NCBI RefSeq assembly: GCF_001194135.2
Contig: NC_068985.1
Coordinates: 74,283,668-74,318,052 of the forward strand
Origin: Octopus bimaculoides
Lineage: Eukaryota
Length of the DNA: 34,385 nt
Direction: 5' to 3'
Part shown: positions 12,705 to 23,700 of the stretch, piece after piece
How the letters are laid out: each line of letters begins with the position of its first letter
Numbering within the stretch: the first letter of the stretch is position 1
Program-made: the position numbers and the translations under genes
The notes under the pieces: model-generated
Told to the model about the DNA's origin: nothing
Seen by the model: the letters and a program-made list of their open reading frames with translations, nothing else
Databases searched by the model: none

Positions 12705-13016
12705 TTCTTTCATTTATTTGACTACAGCCATGCTGGAACACTGCCTTGAAGGGGTTTAGACAAACAAATGCACCCCAGGATATATCTTTTTAAAACCTAG
12801 CACTTATCCTACCGGTTATCTTTTTCTGAATCGCTAGTGTGTTTATGTTCGTGTGTGTGTATGCACGACGGGCTTCTTTCTGTTTTCTACTACCAAATCC
12901 ACCCACAAGCATTTGGTCGACCCGAGGTGATAGCACGAGTTACTTGCGCAAGGTGAGATGCATTGAGACTGAAGCCAGAACCATGTGGTTGGGAAGTAAA
13001 CTTCTTACTAAACAGC
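12705..13016 (-). mobile_element. tRNA-derived SINE, diverged, internal deletion (same family as 9749-10149)
   Basis: Reverse complement matches both head (AACCATGTGGTTGGGAAGTAAACTTCTTAC) and tail (GACTACAGCCATGCTGGAACAC) of the 9749 copy. Confidence 0.85.
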
Positions 13017-13049
13017 TAAAATTTCGTCCTACAGACTCCACTGCATATA

Positions 13050-13375
13050 CACCTTTTCGACTTACGACCGAGTTCCGTTCCGACTGAAAGATCGCTAAAT
13101 GGATCTGGTCGTATGTCAGGTTTATATTTTACAACACTATTTTCATCAAAACGTAACTGATACTTATATGCGATTGAGTGAGAGATAGTGACAGACAGTG
13201 GATGCCGGGCTCTCAGGGAGACCTGCGTTGTCAGAAGCTGCCATGGTTATTGAACGCGTAGCTGCCCAACGTCCGAAAATTGATGTTTTATTTATGCATT
13301 TTTATTTTACTATTTATTTTTGTGGTCGTAAGTACGGATAGTCGTAAGTCGCATAGACCGTAAGTCGAGGAGGTG
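13050..13375. mobile_element. MITE, Tc1/mariner (Tigger/pogo-like), TA target duplication
   Basis: TA|CACCTTTTCGACTTACG ... CGTAAGTCGAGGAGGTG|TA (17-bp TIR, 2 mismatches); three GTCGTAAGT-type subterminal repeats at 13325-13366; no ORF. Confidence 0.8.
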
Positions 13376-13948
13376 TAATTCAACCGTGCTCTTTTCTGCA
13401 TGCTTTCTTACGAATGAAGGCGGAGGAATTATCATTACTTCGAATCTGTAAACATCATTATTATTACAATGACATAATTCAATGTTTTATCTAAATTATC
13501 TTAACATTCATGTATTTTGATTCATGTTTACTCTCATTGTGAGATGACATCTGCATTTGAAAAATAAAAGGATATTTCTCTTTGAAAATCTTCATACATA
13601 TATTCTATGAATCAACAACGCATAAATACACATATAGACACAAACATACACAAACATAAAACTATACATAAATAGACACCACACACACACTTATAGATAG
13701 CTGCTACTCTAATGTCACTCTTCGTCTGATGAAACATATTATAATTTACGTGTTGTGTTTCACCTCTAGCATTTGCAAAGAAGAAATACATGCATAAATA
13801 CATGTACATTATGCGTCCATAGATATGCATAATGCATATATTTGTATATACATAAATGCACGATTAAATATACACACACACATATAAACATAAGCATATA
13901 CAGACACAGACACGCAACCACACATATATGTGTGTATATAAATATATA

Positions 13949-14978
13949 TAGGGGTTGGACAAAATAATGAAAAACCTAGTGTCATAGCATCATCATTTTG
14001 AAATATCTATAAAACCGTCAAGAGTTTGTTTACTTTTTATGGTGTTTGATTTATTATTAGTGTTGCTTGATATTTCGTCGAAACAAGACTCCGGGAGAAA
14101 ACCAAAGCTTTCAGATAGGGACCGTCGGACACTTACGCGAATTGTTAAAGAGGAACACAAACGTACAGCTCCCAAAATTACTGCAGAGATTAATGACCAC
14201 CTCGGGAGCTGCATAAAGCCGGATTTCACGAGACGGCTGCAATCAAAAAACTACTACTTTCAAAAACAAAAGTTGCAAAGCCTTTACAATGGAGTAACAA
14301 CCTACAGAATTCGTCCCTAGAGCAATGGAAGAATGTTATTTTCTCGGACGAATCATCCTTTACCTTATTTCCGACTACTGGCTGAGTATACGTGTGGTAA
14401 CAGCCAAAGAAGCATTTGATCGAGACTGCCTTCTTCCAAGTGTTAAACATGGAGGTGGATCAGTGATGATCTGGGAGTGGGGCTATATCTTGTAAATCCG
14501 CTAGCCCAATGGTTTCCGTTCATGGCAGAATTAATAGTCAAGACGATTTAAGCATTTTATCTGATCAAATTCATCCTATGGATGCAAGAACTTTCTGAAG
14601 GGAAAGGCAATCTTTCAGGATGATAATGAACCAATTCACACAGCTAAAGTTGTTACTGAATGTTACGAGGAACATTCTAGTGAAGTTGAACATCTTATCT
14701 GACCACCGCAGTCTCCAGATCTCAATATTATTGAACATTCACGGTACATTTTAGAAAAATAAGTAATGAGTCGATATCCTCCACCATCATCACTACAAGA
14801 ACTGGATAATGTTTAGCTGAAGAATGGACAAAAATTCTTTTGGAAACAATTGAAACTGTGTACGAGTCCATACCTCGTAGAATTCAAGGTGTAATTACTG
14901 CCAAAGGCGGTCCTACCTCATATTGAAATAAATTTGTTTGAAATTTTAAGTTGTTTCCATTATTTTGTCCAACCCCTG
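13949..14978 (+). mobile_element. Tc1-family DNA transposon with both TIRs, DD36E spacing (Incomer-like), internally deleted and inactive
   Basis: TIRs (T/C)AGGGGTTGGACAAAATAATG-AAAC at 13949 and the reverse complement ending 14978, TA flanks; transposase relic SGRKPKLSDRDRRTL...WKNVIFSDESSF...VKHGGGSVMIW...FQDDNEPIH...*PPQSPDLNIIEH...AKGGPTSY*; D 14347, D 14622, E 14733. Confidence 0.95.
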
Positions 14979-14997
14979 TATATATATATATATATAT

Positions 14998-15804
14998 NNN
15001 NNNNNNNNNNNNNNNNNNNNNNNNNNNNNNNNNNNNNNNNNNNNNNNNNNNNNNNNNNNNNNNNNNNNNNNNNNNNNNNNNNNNNNNNNNNNNNNNNNNN
15101 NNNNNNNNNNNNNNNNNNNNNNNNNNNNNNNNNNNNNNNNNNNNNNNNNNNNNNNNNNNNNNNNNNNNNNNNNNNNNNNNNNNNNNNNNNNNNNNNNNNN
15201 NNNNNNNNNNNNNNNNNNNNNNNNNNNNNNNNNNNNNNNNNNNNNNNNNNNNNNNNNNNNNNNNNNNNNNNNNNNNNNNNNNNNNNNNNNNNNNNNNNNN
15301 NNNNNNNNNNNNNNNNNNNNNNNNNNNNNNNNNNNNNNNNNNNNNNNNNNNNNNNNNNNNNNNNNNNNNNNNNNNNNNNNNNNNNNNNNNNNNNNNNNNN
15401 NNNNNNNNNNNNNNNNNNNNNNNNNNNNNNNNNNNNNNNNNNNNNNNNNNNNNNNNNNNNNNNNNNNNNNNNNNNNNNNNNNNNNNNNNNNNNNNNNNNN
15501 NNNNNNNNNNNNNNNNNNNNNNNNNNNNNNNNNNNNNNNNNNNNNNNNNNNNNNNNNNNNNNNNNNNNNNNNNNNNNNNNNNNNNNNNNNNNNNNNNNNN
15601 NNNNNNNNNNNNNNNNNNNNNNNNNNNNNNNNNNNNNNNNNNNNNNNNNNNNNNNNNNNNNNNNNNNNNNNNNNNNNNNNNNNNNNNNNNNNNNNNNNNN
15701 NNNNNNNNNNNNNNNNNNNNNNNNNNNNNNNNNNNNNNNNNNNNNNNNNNNNNNNNNNNNNNNNNNNNNNNNNNNNNNNNNNNNNNNNNNNNNNNNNNNN
15801 NNNN
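14998..15804. other. Assembly gap between (TA)n and (GA)n
   Basis: 807 N. Confidence 1.
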
Positions 15805-15852
<48 letters not shown>

Positions 15853-17134
15853 AGAGACAGAGGGGAGATGATGCAAGAAAGAATGTTTTACATTCGTGTA
15901 TATTTTGTACGTAGTCATTTTTTTCTTCCTCATTTGCCTACATTTCCTATTTGACATAATATATGTTGATCTGTTTCGAGTATCTGATTGCATGCAGCAG
16001 ACCGCTTCAAAGCATTGTGAGAGTAATTACTTATGCCAAAATGGATATTACGGAGAAAGAAACTGTCTGCATACCTATCTTTTTTACGTGTATTCTTTCC
16101 AAAATGTCTTGTGTAACATATATTTCTTTTGTAAAGCTTCTATGTTGCCACATGAGATTATACTAATGCACTAGCATACAAGATATAAATATTTTGCTTG
16201 ATGTTGAGAACGTAATCGAATATTCATTGTGTAGATTTTTAGGATATTTTTTTTTCTTTCTGAATGTTGAAGTTCTGAAAGGCCTTGCTATAGAATATGC
16301 ATTTTACCCCGATGCCTACTAGAGGTGATAGATGGGAACGTTATGTATTTTTAAGATGGAATTCTTCAAACCTTATTTCATTAGCGAAACATATAACGTT
16401 AATGACAGCAGGTATTTTGTGGAGATATAATTCTATACCATTAAAGTGGTATGATGTTTTGATCTTTCAAGTGTTTTGTTGTTATGAAATGCAAATCGCT
16501 TTTATGAATTAAATTTTAGGCAAATAAATAGCTCGGAAACTCGCATCGGCCAATTTCTTTCAAGTCGAATCTTATACTTGCATACAAATATAATCCAATA
16601 TCGTATAGCTATCCCGAATATATATGAATAAATATCAATATATTTAATATAATATGACTTTCATGTAATATTATTGATCATAACAACTCTTAGAACATAG
16701 TATTGTATACTGATTTTTAGTAGCACACATGGGATTCCAACGATGACTAGATTATCAGTTTCTGGACCATTTTAAGTTTATTGCCTTCGTAACTTATGTA
16801 TAGAATGCAACTGCCATTGACACCTTCAGTTTTATTATGAATATTCCGTAAACTATCTTTCAGTCGTTAACTAGTATTTCATTTTGATAGGATATTTGAT
16901 GTATAATATTGATAGGCGTTCAGCATTACCATTGACACATCTGACATTTCGAGGCTTTTCAATATAATTTATTGTCTATGTATAATATACTGGAAAGAGG
17001 TTTGCAGCCAGCGATGTCAAAAACAATATCTTTTCAAATGATGATCGTAAGATACAATTCAATGAAATATCCAATACTATAATATCAACATCATGGATAT
17101 ATTGAGAAATGCACGAACATACCAGTTTTCTTAC

Positions 17135-17353
17135 ATATCCTTGGAAGTAGGTATGTGAACATGGGCCGGTACAAAGACGATGAACTATCGTAAGATCTAT
17201 CATAACGATGTTACTTTGACAGGGAAGACAAAATATAGCCATATTTAACAAATCCAGTATGTTCGAAGCTTTAACTAAATATTCAAGTTTTGCGAATAAT
17301 ATCTGCTTTATATACACTTCATTTGACACATAGACTAAACTTCGAATTTTAAA
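17135..17353 (-). CDS. Candidate 219-nt internal exon of an unidentified gene
   Basis: Lies inside the longest non-gap, non-repeat ORF (16976-17470, 164 aa); long polypyrimidine tract ending TACAG at 17354 and GTAAGA donor at 17134; phase 0-0; only one frame open; no family recognised. Confidence 0.3.
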
Positions 17354-17974
17354 CTGTATCAAATTGATTAAAATAAAAGGATAAAATAAAAGAATATAAT
17401 ATAATAGGATATATTTCAGCAATTCCACTATAGTATAACCATTAATTTTTTTTTTTTTCAAAACCATCATAGCTGGCTATTTTCTGTTTATAACATATGG
17501 ATTTCCTGTAAGGCAACGAATTACACCAGCTATTTAACAGATATAATGTAAAATGTGTTTCAGTTTGTATAAAATCCATTTCAAGTATCTTAATGAAAAG
17601 CTAAACTGAAAGCGTGTACGATGTGAAGTCAATCCAATAAACCATCATTTGTTACATAATCATGTCAAGTATACAACAGGATTTCTCCTGGAATGCTTCC
17701 AGTGAAGTAAATTATAAGGAAATCTCCAAATAAAAACATATACTTCACAGGAGAATAATATAAAGACTGTTTGCGAGGTTGTCGTAATGGAGAACGCCAT
17801 GTTCCACAGTATAGGAAACTTGGGAGAGTCCAAGATAAAGCATAAAATGATGCTCATTTGGGTTAACTTAAATGAAGCTTCTTCATTCACAGATAGATTA
17901 ATTCATAAAGCAATAACTAAAAATATCAAATGCCAGCTTAAAACAAATCTTATTGCATAAAAGTTCCTTCGCTG

Positions 17975-18090
17975 ACACACACGCACACACGCACATGCAC
18001 AAGCACACACACAAACACACACACACACACACACACACACATAAACACACACACAATAACACACATATATGTGAGCATATGTATATATAT
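17975..18090. repeat. (CA)n/(TA)n microsatellite
   Basis: Read directly. Confidence 0.9.
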
Positions 18091-18745
18091 AAATGTAAAA
18101 CTAAAATGTAATATATAGATGTAATGTTACATCAGAATGGAACGAATAATTTTACATCGGCGCAACAGCACTAATTTTCAAAAAGGGTCTTGTTAATCAC
18201 TTAAGTAGATTTAGAGATAAAAATAAAAGATTCTAAATAAGTAAGCTAACCTGATATATTAAAGACAGAAGCAATGACTATACTATCAACTGGGAATCAA
18301 TTAGTACTGCAAAACTATACAGACCAAGAACTAATAAATGTGAATGATGTTTAGAAGAATTTTACCGAACTTTTACATCTAGGGGTAATATAATAATTTC
18401 TAGACATGAGCAATTTTAATGATGCTTGCATATGAGGAAAGTTACCTTTGCTCGATATAAAGGAGTAATAATGAATTAAACAACAGTATGTTTTGAAATA
18501 ACTGGCTACAAGTGATTATCCAATGAACACTTAAAGATATTTTGCGTCTGAATTCACGAACAACTCCACTCTATACAACACAGAGTAGATAAACGAAATA
18601 CTTTAAACAATTAAATCAAAGTATATTAAAGTGAAGCCCCTGAAGAAACTGCAGCAGTATTATAGTAGGGTTGCAATTGCAACGTTTACTATTCGATGCA
18701 GTAGAAATATTTGTGGGTCTATTTAAAACAATATAAATACCAAGG
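18091..18745 (+). mobile_element. Penelope-like element 3' fragment: GIY-YIG, 3' tail, hammerhead relic
   Basis: NVIYRCNVTSEWNE*FYIGATALIFKKGLVNHLSRFRDKNKRF*ISKLT*YIKDRSNDYTINWESISTAKLYRPRTNKCE*CLEEF...SRHEQF**CLHMRK in one frame 18105-18479 (YIG at 18153). Confidence 0.9.
18634..18720 (+). ncRNA. Type I hammerhead ribozyme motif, slightly decayed, long stem II
   Basis: GCCC/GGGT stem I, CTGAAGA 18640-18646, ACTGCA/TGCAGT stem II enclosing a 43-nt insert, GAAA 18704-18707; stem III and NUH site imperfect. Confidence 0.7.
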
Positions 18746-19205
18746 AACACCCCTGATGCTTTTGACCATGGCATAATGCAGAAGTCAGGATAAGCACCAC
18801 ATTTCTAAGTCCAAACTTCTGCTCCATCCAAGGTAACAGAGTTCTTCGGGATGTCTAGAAAGTCCTCTGTGCTGAACTTGAAGCCAGACTCAATGAAGTG
18901 TGGATCCATGACATTTCCATCACTTGCCATGGATACCATCTCAGCGTCTGCAGGGAACGAGATTTTTTCTACAATTTGATGCTTGATGAATGACAGAAGC
19001 TTGACCAAATCTCAGCCCTGATTCATTTGGCCGTGGCTGTTAGGGGGTGAAGGCGTTGTCGAAAATAATTAGTCTTGCTAAGATTCCTGTTCAATGCTCT
19101 GAACACCGTTGAAAGAATCACATTGCGTTTCTTTGCAAGAGTTGTCATGGCGGAAGGATTCTGCTGTTCCATGGCTTTCTGTAGACGAATCGCTTCGCTA
19201 TTTAC
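18745..19205 (-). mobile_element. mariner-like (maT/DD37D-type) transposase relic with internal deletion
   Basis: MTTLAKKRNV..STVFRAL...RQRLHPLTATAK, KLLSFIKHQ, ASDGNVMDPHFIESGFKFSTEDFLDI, then LLPWMEQKFGLRNVVLI..SALCHG, resembling maT ASDG.VMPPHFIE.GLK.N...YL.IL...LLPW; catalytic residues lost; TIRs not found. Confidence 0.75.
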
Positions 19206-19589
19206 CTGAAAAATAATGAGGATGATTAGATTTTCGAGCAACTAAAGTTTTTTTTCAAACAATGAAATGTTAAACCCACTACGTCGACTGCTTATAACAC
19301 TGATCAACAAAACTAACTGTATTATATTCATTATGAATGCAAACCAACTTTTTTAGACTAATTGTTCATGCGGATTTCAAAGATTCACTCTATTTGTATG
19401 CAACACGTATCAGTCTTTCAGTAGATACATGCAACTATTTACATATTTGTATATATGAAATCATTAACACAATATATAAGGACATATTATTCTTATGAAT
19501 TAAATGAGTTTATTGAGTTAAAATTCATTACTATCATTCTACAAAGTGTGAATACTCAGAAAATGGGTCAGACAAAACAGACAAATTTA

Positions 19590-20908
19590 GAACAATAGAG
19601 TTAGAAGCACTGTGATTTGGATTTTCCGTGTTGTTCCTAATCTGGTTCATCACGCTAAAAATCCAGCAGTAGTCAGCTATCATAATGTCATTTCAGAATC
19701 CTTGGTGGCGTTTCTCCATAGCACTAATCCCCTGGTAAAATATTTCGCCATGTTTATCAAACACTGCTTCATGGTTATCTGCGAAGAAATCCAGATGGGA
19801 GTCCAAGAAGTGAACATGCGACAACCCATTGCTGTGTAGCATTTTAGAAAATTCTTGATGTCATTCTTGTAGTCCACTGCTTTCTTGTTGCCCAAGAAAT
19901 TCTCACAGATCCGATTGAAAGCATTCCAGGGCAGCAGTTCCAATTCATTAAAGTGTTGTCTGGACGGCGGCGAGCTGGCAGAAACGTTAGCACGCCCTGC
20001 AGATTGCTTATCGTTATTTCGTTTGTCTTTGCTACCTGAGTTCAAATTCTGCCGAGGTCGACTTTGCCTTTCATCCTTTAGGAGTCGATAAATTAAGTAG
20101 CAGCTGCGTACTGGGGTCCATCTAATCGACTGGCCCCCTCCCTAAAACGTTTTTGTCATGTGCCTAGAATAGAAAAGATGCAGTGTTATTTTGAATTTGA
20201 CATATTTGAGTACTTCTCTAATTTGGAGTCCGACAAAGATACCCGCTTTCAACTTCATGAGATTTTAGGAAAAGTTTCTACAATATACGCAAACCCTCTG
20301 GCATTTCTCTTCTCTAGTGTCTTAACAAACTGTTTCATCAGTTCAAGCTTTATGTGCAAAGGAGATTATAGGACATTACATGGATCTACAAGAGGTGTAT
20401 ACTTGACGCTAGACAATCCTTGTTGGTACAATGTTCTTGTCTGACAGTTTGATTCCTAATAATGTCTGCTACTTGCCCGGCTATCCCATAGATACAAGAA
20501 ACAACAGTATTTTCTGAAACCTCACTGCATTCGCATTAACATTCCAATGACCTTTAAATCTGCACATATTTTCTATGAGTATCTTTCATAGGCAATGGCA
20601 TGAAGTAAAAGTTCCATATTCTCATATGATTCATGAAGATGAATGGAATGTGCAATAGGATTGGAGGGCTTCAAATTACTATTATGGAGAAGTACAGCTT
20701 TTAAACTTTGTTTTGAAGAGTCAATAAACAAACGGCACTCTTCAGGATCATAACTTTGTTATAAACATTCGAAAAGTCCACGGATCTTACTACAAAAGTA
20801 AAGCGGCCTTCAACAGAAAAACACGTTTGTAGAACCACATTTGTATGCCGTAAATAAGTTATACGAACACTGTGCTCTAGCATACACTTCTTCAGTCTTG
20901 ATGCCAAC
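19590..20908 (-). mobile_element. DNA transposase relic, Sola2-like, interrupted by a SINE
   Basis: Collinear motifs on minus strand: LASRLKK, YDPEECRLFIDSSKQSLKAVLLHNSN, ICADLKVI, KYCCFLYLWDSRA, PLVDP..L*SPLHIKLELMKQFVK, WNAFNRICENFLGNKKA, HFLDSHLDFF, KHGEIFYQGISAMEKRHQG, IADYCW; superfamily label from memory of these motifs. Confidence 0.85.
19966..20178 (+). mobile_element. tRNA-derived SINE, full length, nested in the Sola2-like transposase
   Basis: GGCGGCGAGCTGGCAGAAACGTTAG head, GAGTTCAAATTC B-box, GTCGATAAATTAAGT core; degenerate flanking duplication AGTGTTGTCTGGAC (19952) / AGTGTTATTTTGAA (20182). Confidence 0.93.
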
Positions 20909-21350
20909 AGTTCCGCTTTGCCACATAGACTCTTGCGCCAGAAACAAAAACCCTAAATTTCTTATATTCCCTTTCTATCAATGTAAAGACAGAATCTCCA
21001 CACAAGAAAGAATCAACAAGGAGAGTCTTTTCATAGAGAAATTCCAACCAGTGACCTTATTTCTCTAGGAACAGACATAAACTTCCTGTTGACAAAGACT
21101 CTATAACTTCAACTAAAGAGATTTGTATCCCCTTACACACACTTCCTGTTTTGACACCACACTTCCTGATTAACACATAAACTTTTAGCCCCTTTTCTCT
21201 TTTTTCAAACCTAACACAATTCTCAATTTTCATGCATCCTTATTTTTCCAACTATTATCTACATGGATTACCATTGAACTTTAAAAGCTCAAAGACAATG
21301 TAACGTATTGGTATATTTATTTTTTTATATATTATTTTTTTTTCATTTTT
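20908..21350 (+). mobile_element. Penelope-like element 3' fragment (GIY-YIG C-terminus plus pyrimidine-rich tail)
   Basis: PLCHIDSCARNKNPKFLIFPFYQCKDRISTQERINKESLFIEKFQP matches the PLE endonuclease C-terminus; right boundary approximate. Confidence 0.8.
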
Positions 21351-21615
21351 TACTTTTTTGTAAAAAACATTGTCATTCTCCCTCTTCTTGAAAATTTGCC
21401 ATGCAATGAAAGTCGGTTAAAAATCTATATTAAAATATGCTTTCAGTTTAGCATTCTGCCTTATTATTATTTTTCCTTTTCCTATTATTTCTCCACGTGC
21501 GGTTAACACAACCCCACTATTTACTGATTTATATATATATATATGCATCGGTTCAGCCGCATTCTTTTAGTTCACGACACGCATTCAATCGTAGCTGGCT
21601 CTGATACTCCTTAAG

Positions 21616-22443
21616 NNNNNNNNNNNNNNNNNNNNNNNNNNNNNNNNNNNNNNNNNNNNNNNNNNNNNNNNNNNNNNNNNNNNNNNNNNNNNNNNNNNNN
21701 NNNNNNNNNNNNNNNNNNNNNNNNNNNNNNNNNNNNNNNNNNNNNNNNNNNNNNNNNNNNNNNNNNNNNNNNNNNNNNNNNNNNNNNNNNNNNNNNNNNN
21801 NNNNNNNNNNNNNNNNNNNNNNNNNNNNNNNNNNNNNNNNNNNNNNNNNNNNNNNNNNNNNNNNNNNNNNNNNNNNNNNNNNNNNNNNNNNNNNNNNNNN
21901 NNNNNNNNNNNNNNNNNNNNNNNNNNNNNNNNNNNNNNNNNNNNNNNNNNNNNNNNNNNNNNNNNNNNNNNNNNNNNNNNNNNNNNNNNNNNNNNNNNNN
22001 NNNNNNNNNNNNNNNNNNNNNNNNNNNNNNNNNNNNNNNNNNNNNNNNNNNNNNNNNNNNNNNNNNNNNNNNNNNNNNNNNNNNNNNNNNNNNNNNNNNN
22101 NNNNNNNNNNNNNNNNNNNNNNNNNNNNNNNNNNNNNNNNNNNNNNNNNNNNNNNNNNNNNNNNNNNNNNNNNNNNNNNNNNNNNNNNNNNNNNNNNNNN
22201 NNNNNNNNNNNNNNNNNNNNNNNNNNNNNNNNNNNNNNNNNNNNNNNNNNNNNNNNNNNNNNNNNNNNNNNNNNNNNNNNNNNNNNNNNNNNNNNNNNNN
22301 NNNNNNNNNNNNNNNNNNNNNNNNNNNNNNNNNNNNNNNNNNNNNNNNNNNNNNNNNNNNNNNNNNNNNNNNNNNNNNNNNNNNNNNNNNNNNNNNNNNN
22401 NNNNNNNNNNNNNNNNNNNNNNNNNNNNNNNNNNNNNNNNNNN
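21616..22443. other. Assembly gap
   Basis: 828 N. Confidence 1.
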
Positions 22444-22966
22444 ATATATATTTGAAGATAAGCAACAAAAATTCAATAGGTTATAGCAGTACGTACGTTT
22501 CGTACAAGCTCCATTTATTCATGTGGTGAGAACACCACAGAATGTACAATGAAAATGTACTCCTCAGCTGCATAATGGAATTTCATTTTAGAAAGTCATT
22601 TTGAGGATGTTTGCAAAAAACAAGAGTAAGAGAAGAAAACATATCTCGACTATGCTGCTGTTCCACAGACAAATGAATCAAACAAAAATTTAAAATCTAA
22701 TTGGAGGGATAGTAGTAATTTCAAATATAGAGGAAGGTAGGTTAAGTAGTGGTGGACAGCAGGTTAGGGGTAAATCAAACATGAGGGGAAAAAAGAAAAG
22801 GAGATGGAAGGGTAATACCCTAAGGAGTGGTAAGAATTTGGAAAAAATTTAAGGTAAGGGAATTAAGGTCAAGGTATTAAAGAAATATATCTATTCTACA
22901 GTATAAATAGAATAATACAAAGAAACACTAAATTACTAAGTTTAAAACTATAGGGAACAATTTGGG

Positions 22967-22968
<2 letters not shown>
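22444..22968 (-). mobile_element. Probable PLE 3' tail (pLTR) without ORF, carrying an intact hammerhead
   Basis: Minus strand is pyrimidine-rich like the PLE tails at 11300-11980 and 21070-21350, leads into a hammerhead, and is bounded by microsatellites on both sides. Confidence 0.6.
22481..22575 (-). ncRNA. Type I hammerhead ribozyme with intact core
   Basis: Minus strand: TTATGCAG-CTGAGGA-GTACA...TGTAC-GAAA-CGTACG-TA^CTGC(T)ATAA; all core nucleotides present, G-C closing stem II, palindromic stem III ACGTACGT, GUA cleavage site between 22490 and 22489. Confidence 0.9.
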
Positions 22969-23040
<72 letters not shown>

Positions 23041-23053
23041 TATGTATGTATGT
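22969..23053. repeat. (CA)n/(TA)n microsatellite
   Basis: Read directly. Confidence 0.95.
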
Positions 23054-23700
23054 AGTTTTATTTGCAGTGCTAAATGTTTCAGTCGATGTTATCGTATATC
23101 TAATTCTGAAGTTGACATATCTTTTTGCTTGAAATTATGTACTTTATAGTTTATTTGTACTTAACAAAGAAATGTTTTAGGCGTTTCATCTTATTACTGA
23201 TATAAATTTATACGTTTCCTAACGGTTCATAAGGGAACGTTCTCAGCAATATCTGAGCACACGCATATAAATTTTCAAATTGAATTCCACAAAATTAGTA
23301 AATTCTCTGTTGATGTATGTCCTTGAGATCTTGATGTATGTACTAAGAGAAAATATAGCTAATTCCTATTATTCTCAATTTATGACATGCATATTAATAG
23401 TAATAACAACACAAACAACAACGGCAACAATTACTACTACTACTACTCTTGTTAAATTCATATATTTAATATATTACTATCATTTGGGTTCCTGTCACAT
23501 ACTTCGTAATTTCATAATTTGTACCAGTTGTTTTCAACTTTGGTGATACCGATTTAGATTTCTGTACTAATTATGGAAATGAAATTCCTTTTTGCAATAA
23601 ATCAATAAATATAAGTTGATAGGATTTTAAAGATTGCAAATTTTGAATAGTTTAGCCACTCAAAAGCCATCTTTATACGCATGACACTAAATCTCATAAT

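Noticed and set aside
14884-15993. Long ORFs of 285-369 aa spanning N runs (also 3111-3506, 21553-22476, 32972-33700)
   Set aside because: They stay open only because N codons are not stops
16005-16080. CESNYLCQNGYYGERNC resembling an EGF-like repeat
   Set aside because: Cysteine spacing does not fit and no convincing splice donor; too short to support
17135-17260. Resemblance of DLLNMAIFCLP...LC...YFQG to neuropeptide GPCR TM2-TM3
   Set aside because: Spacing is off, the WxFG loop motif is absent, and no TM1 or DRY-containing exon was found
21548-21615. GC-richer 65-nt island (minus frame LKEYQSQLRLNACRELKECG*) next to a gap
   Set aside because: Too short and cut by the gap; cannot be assigned
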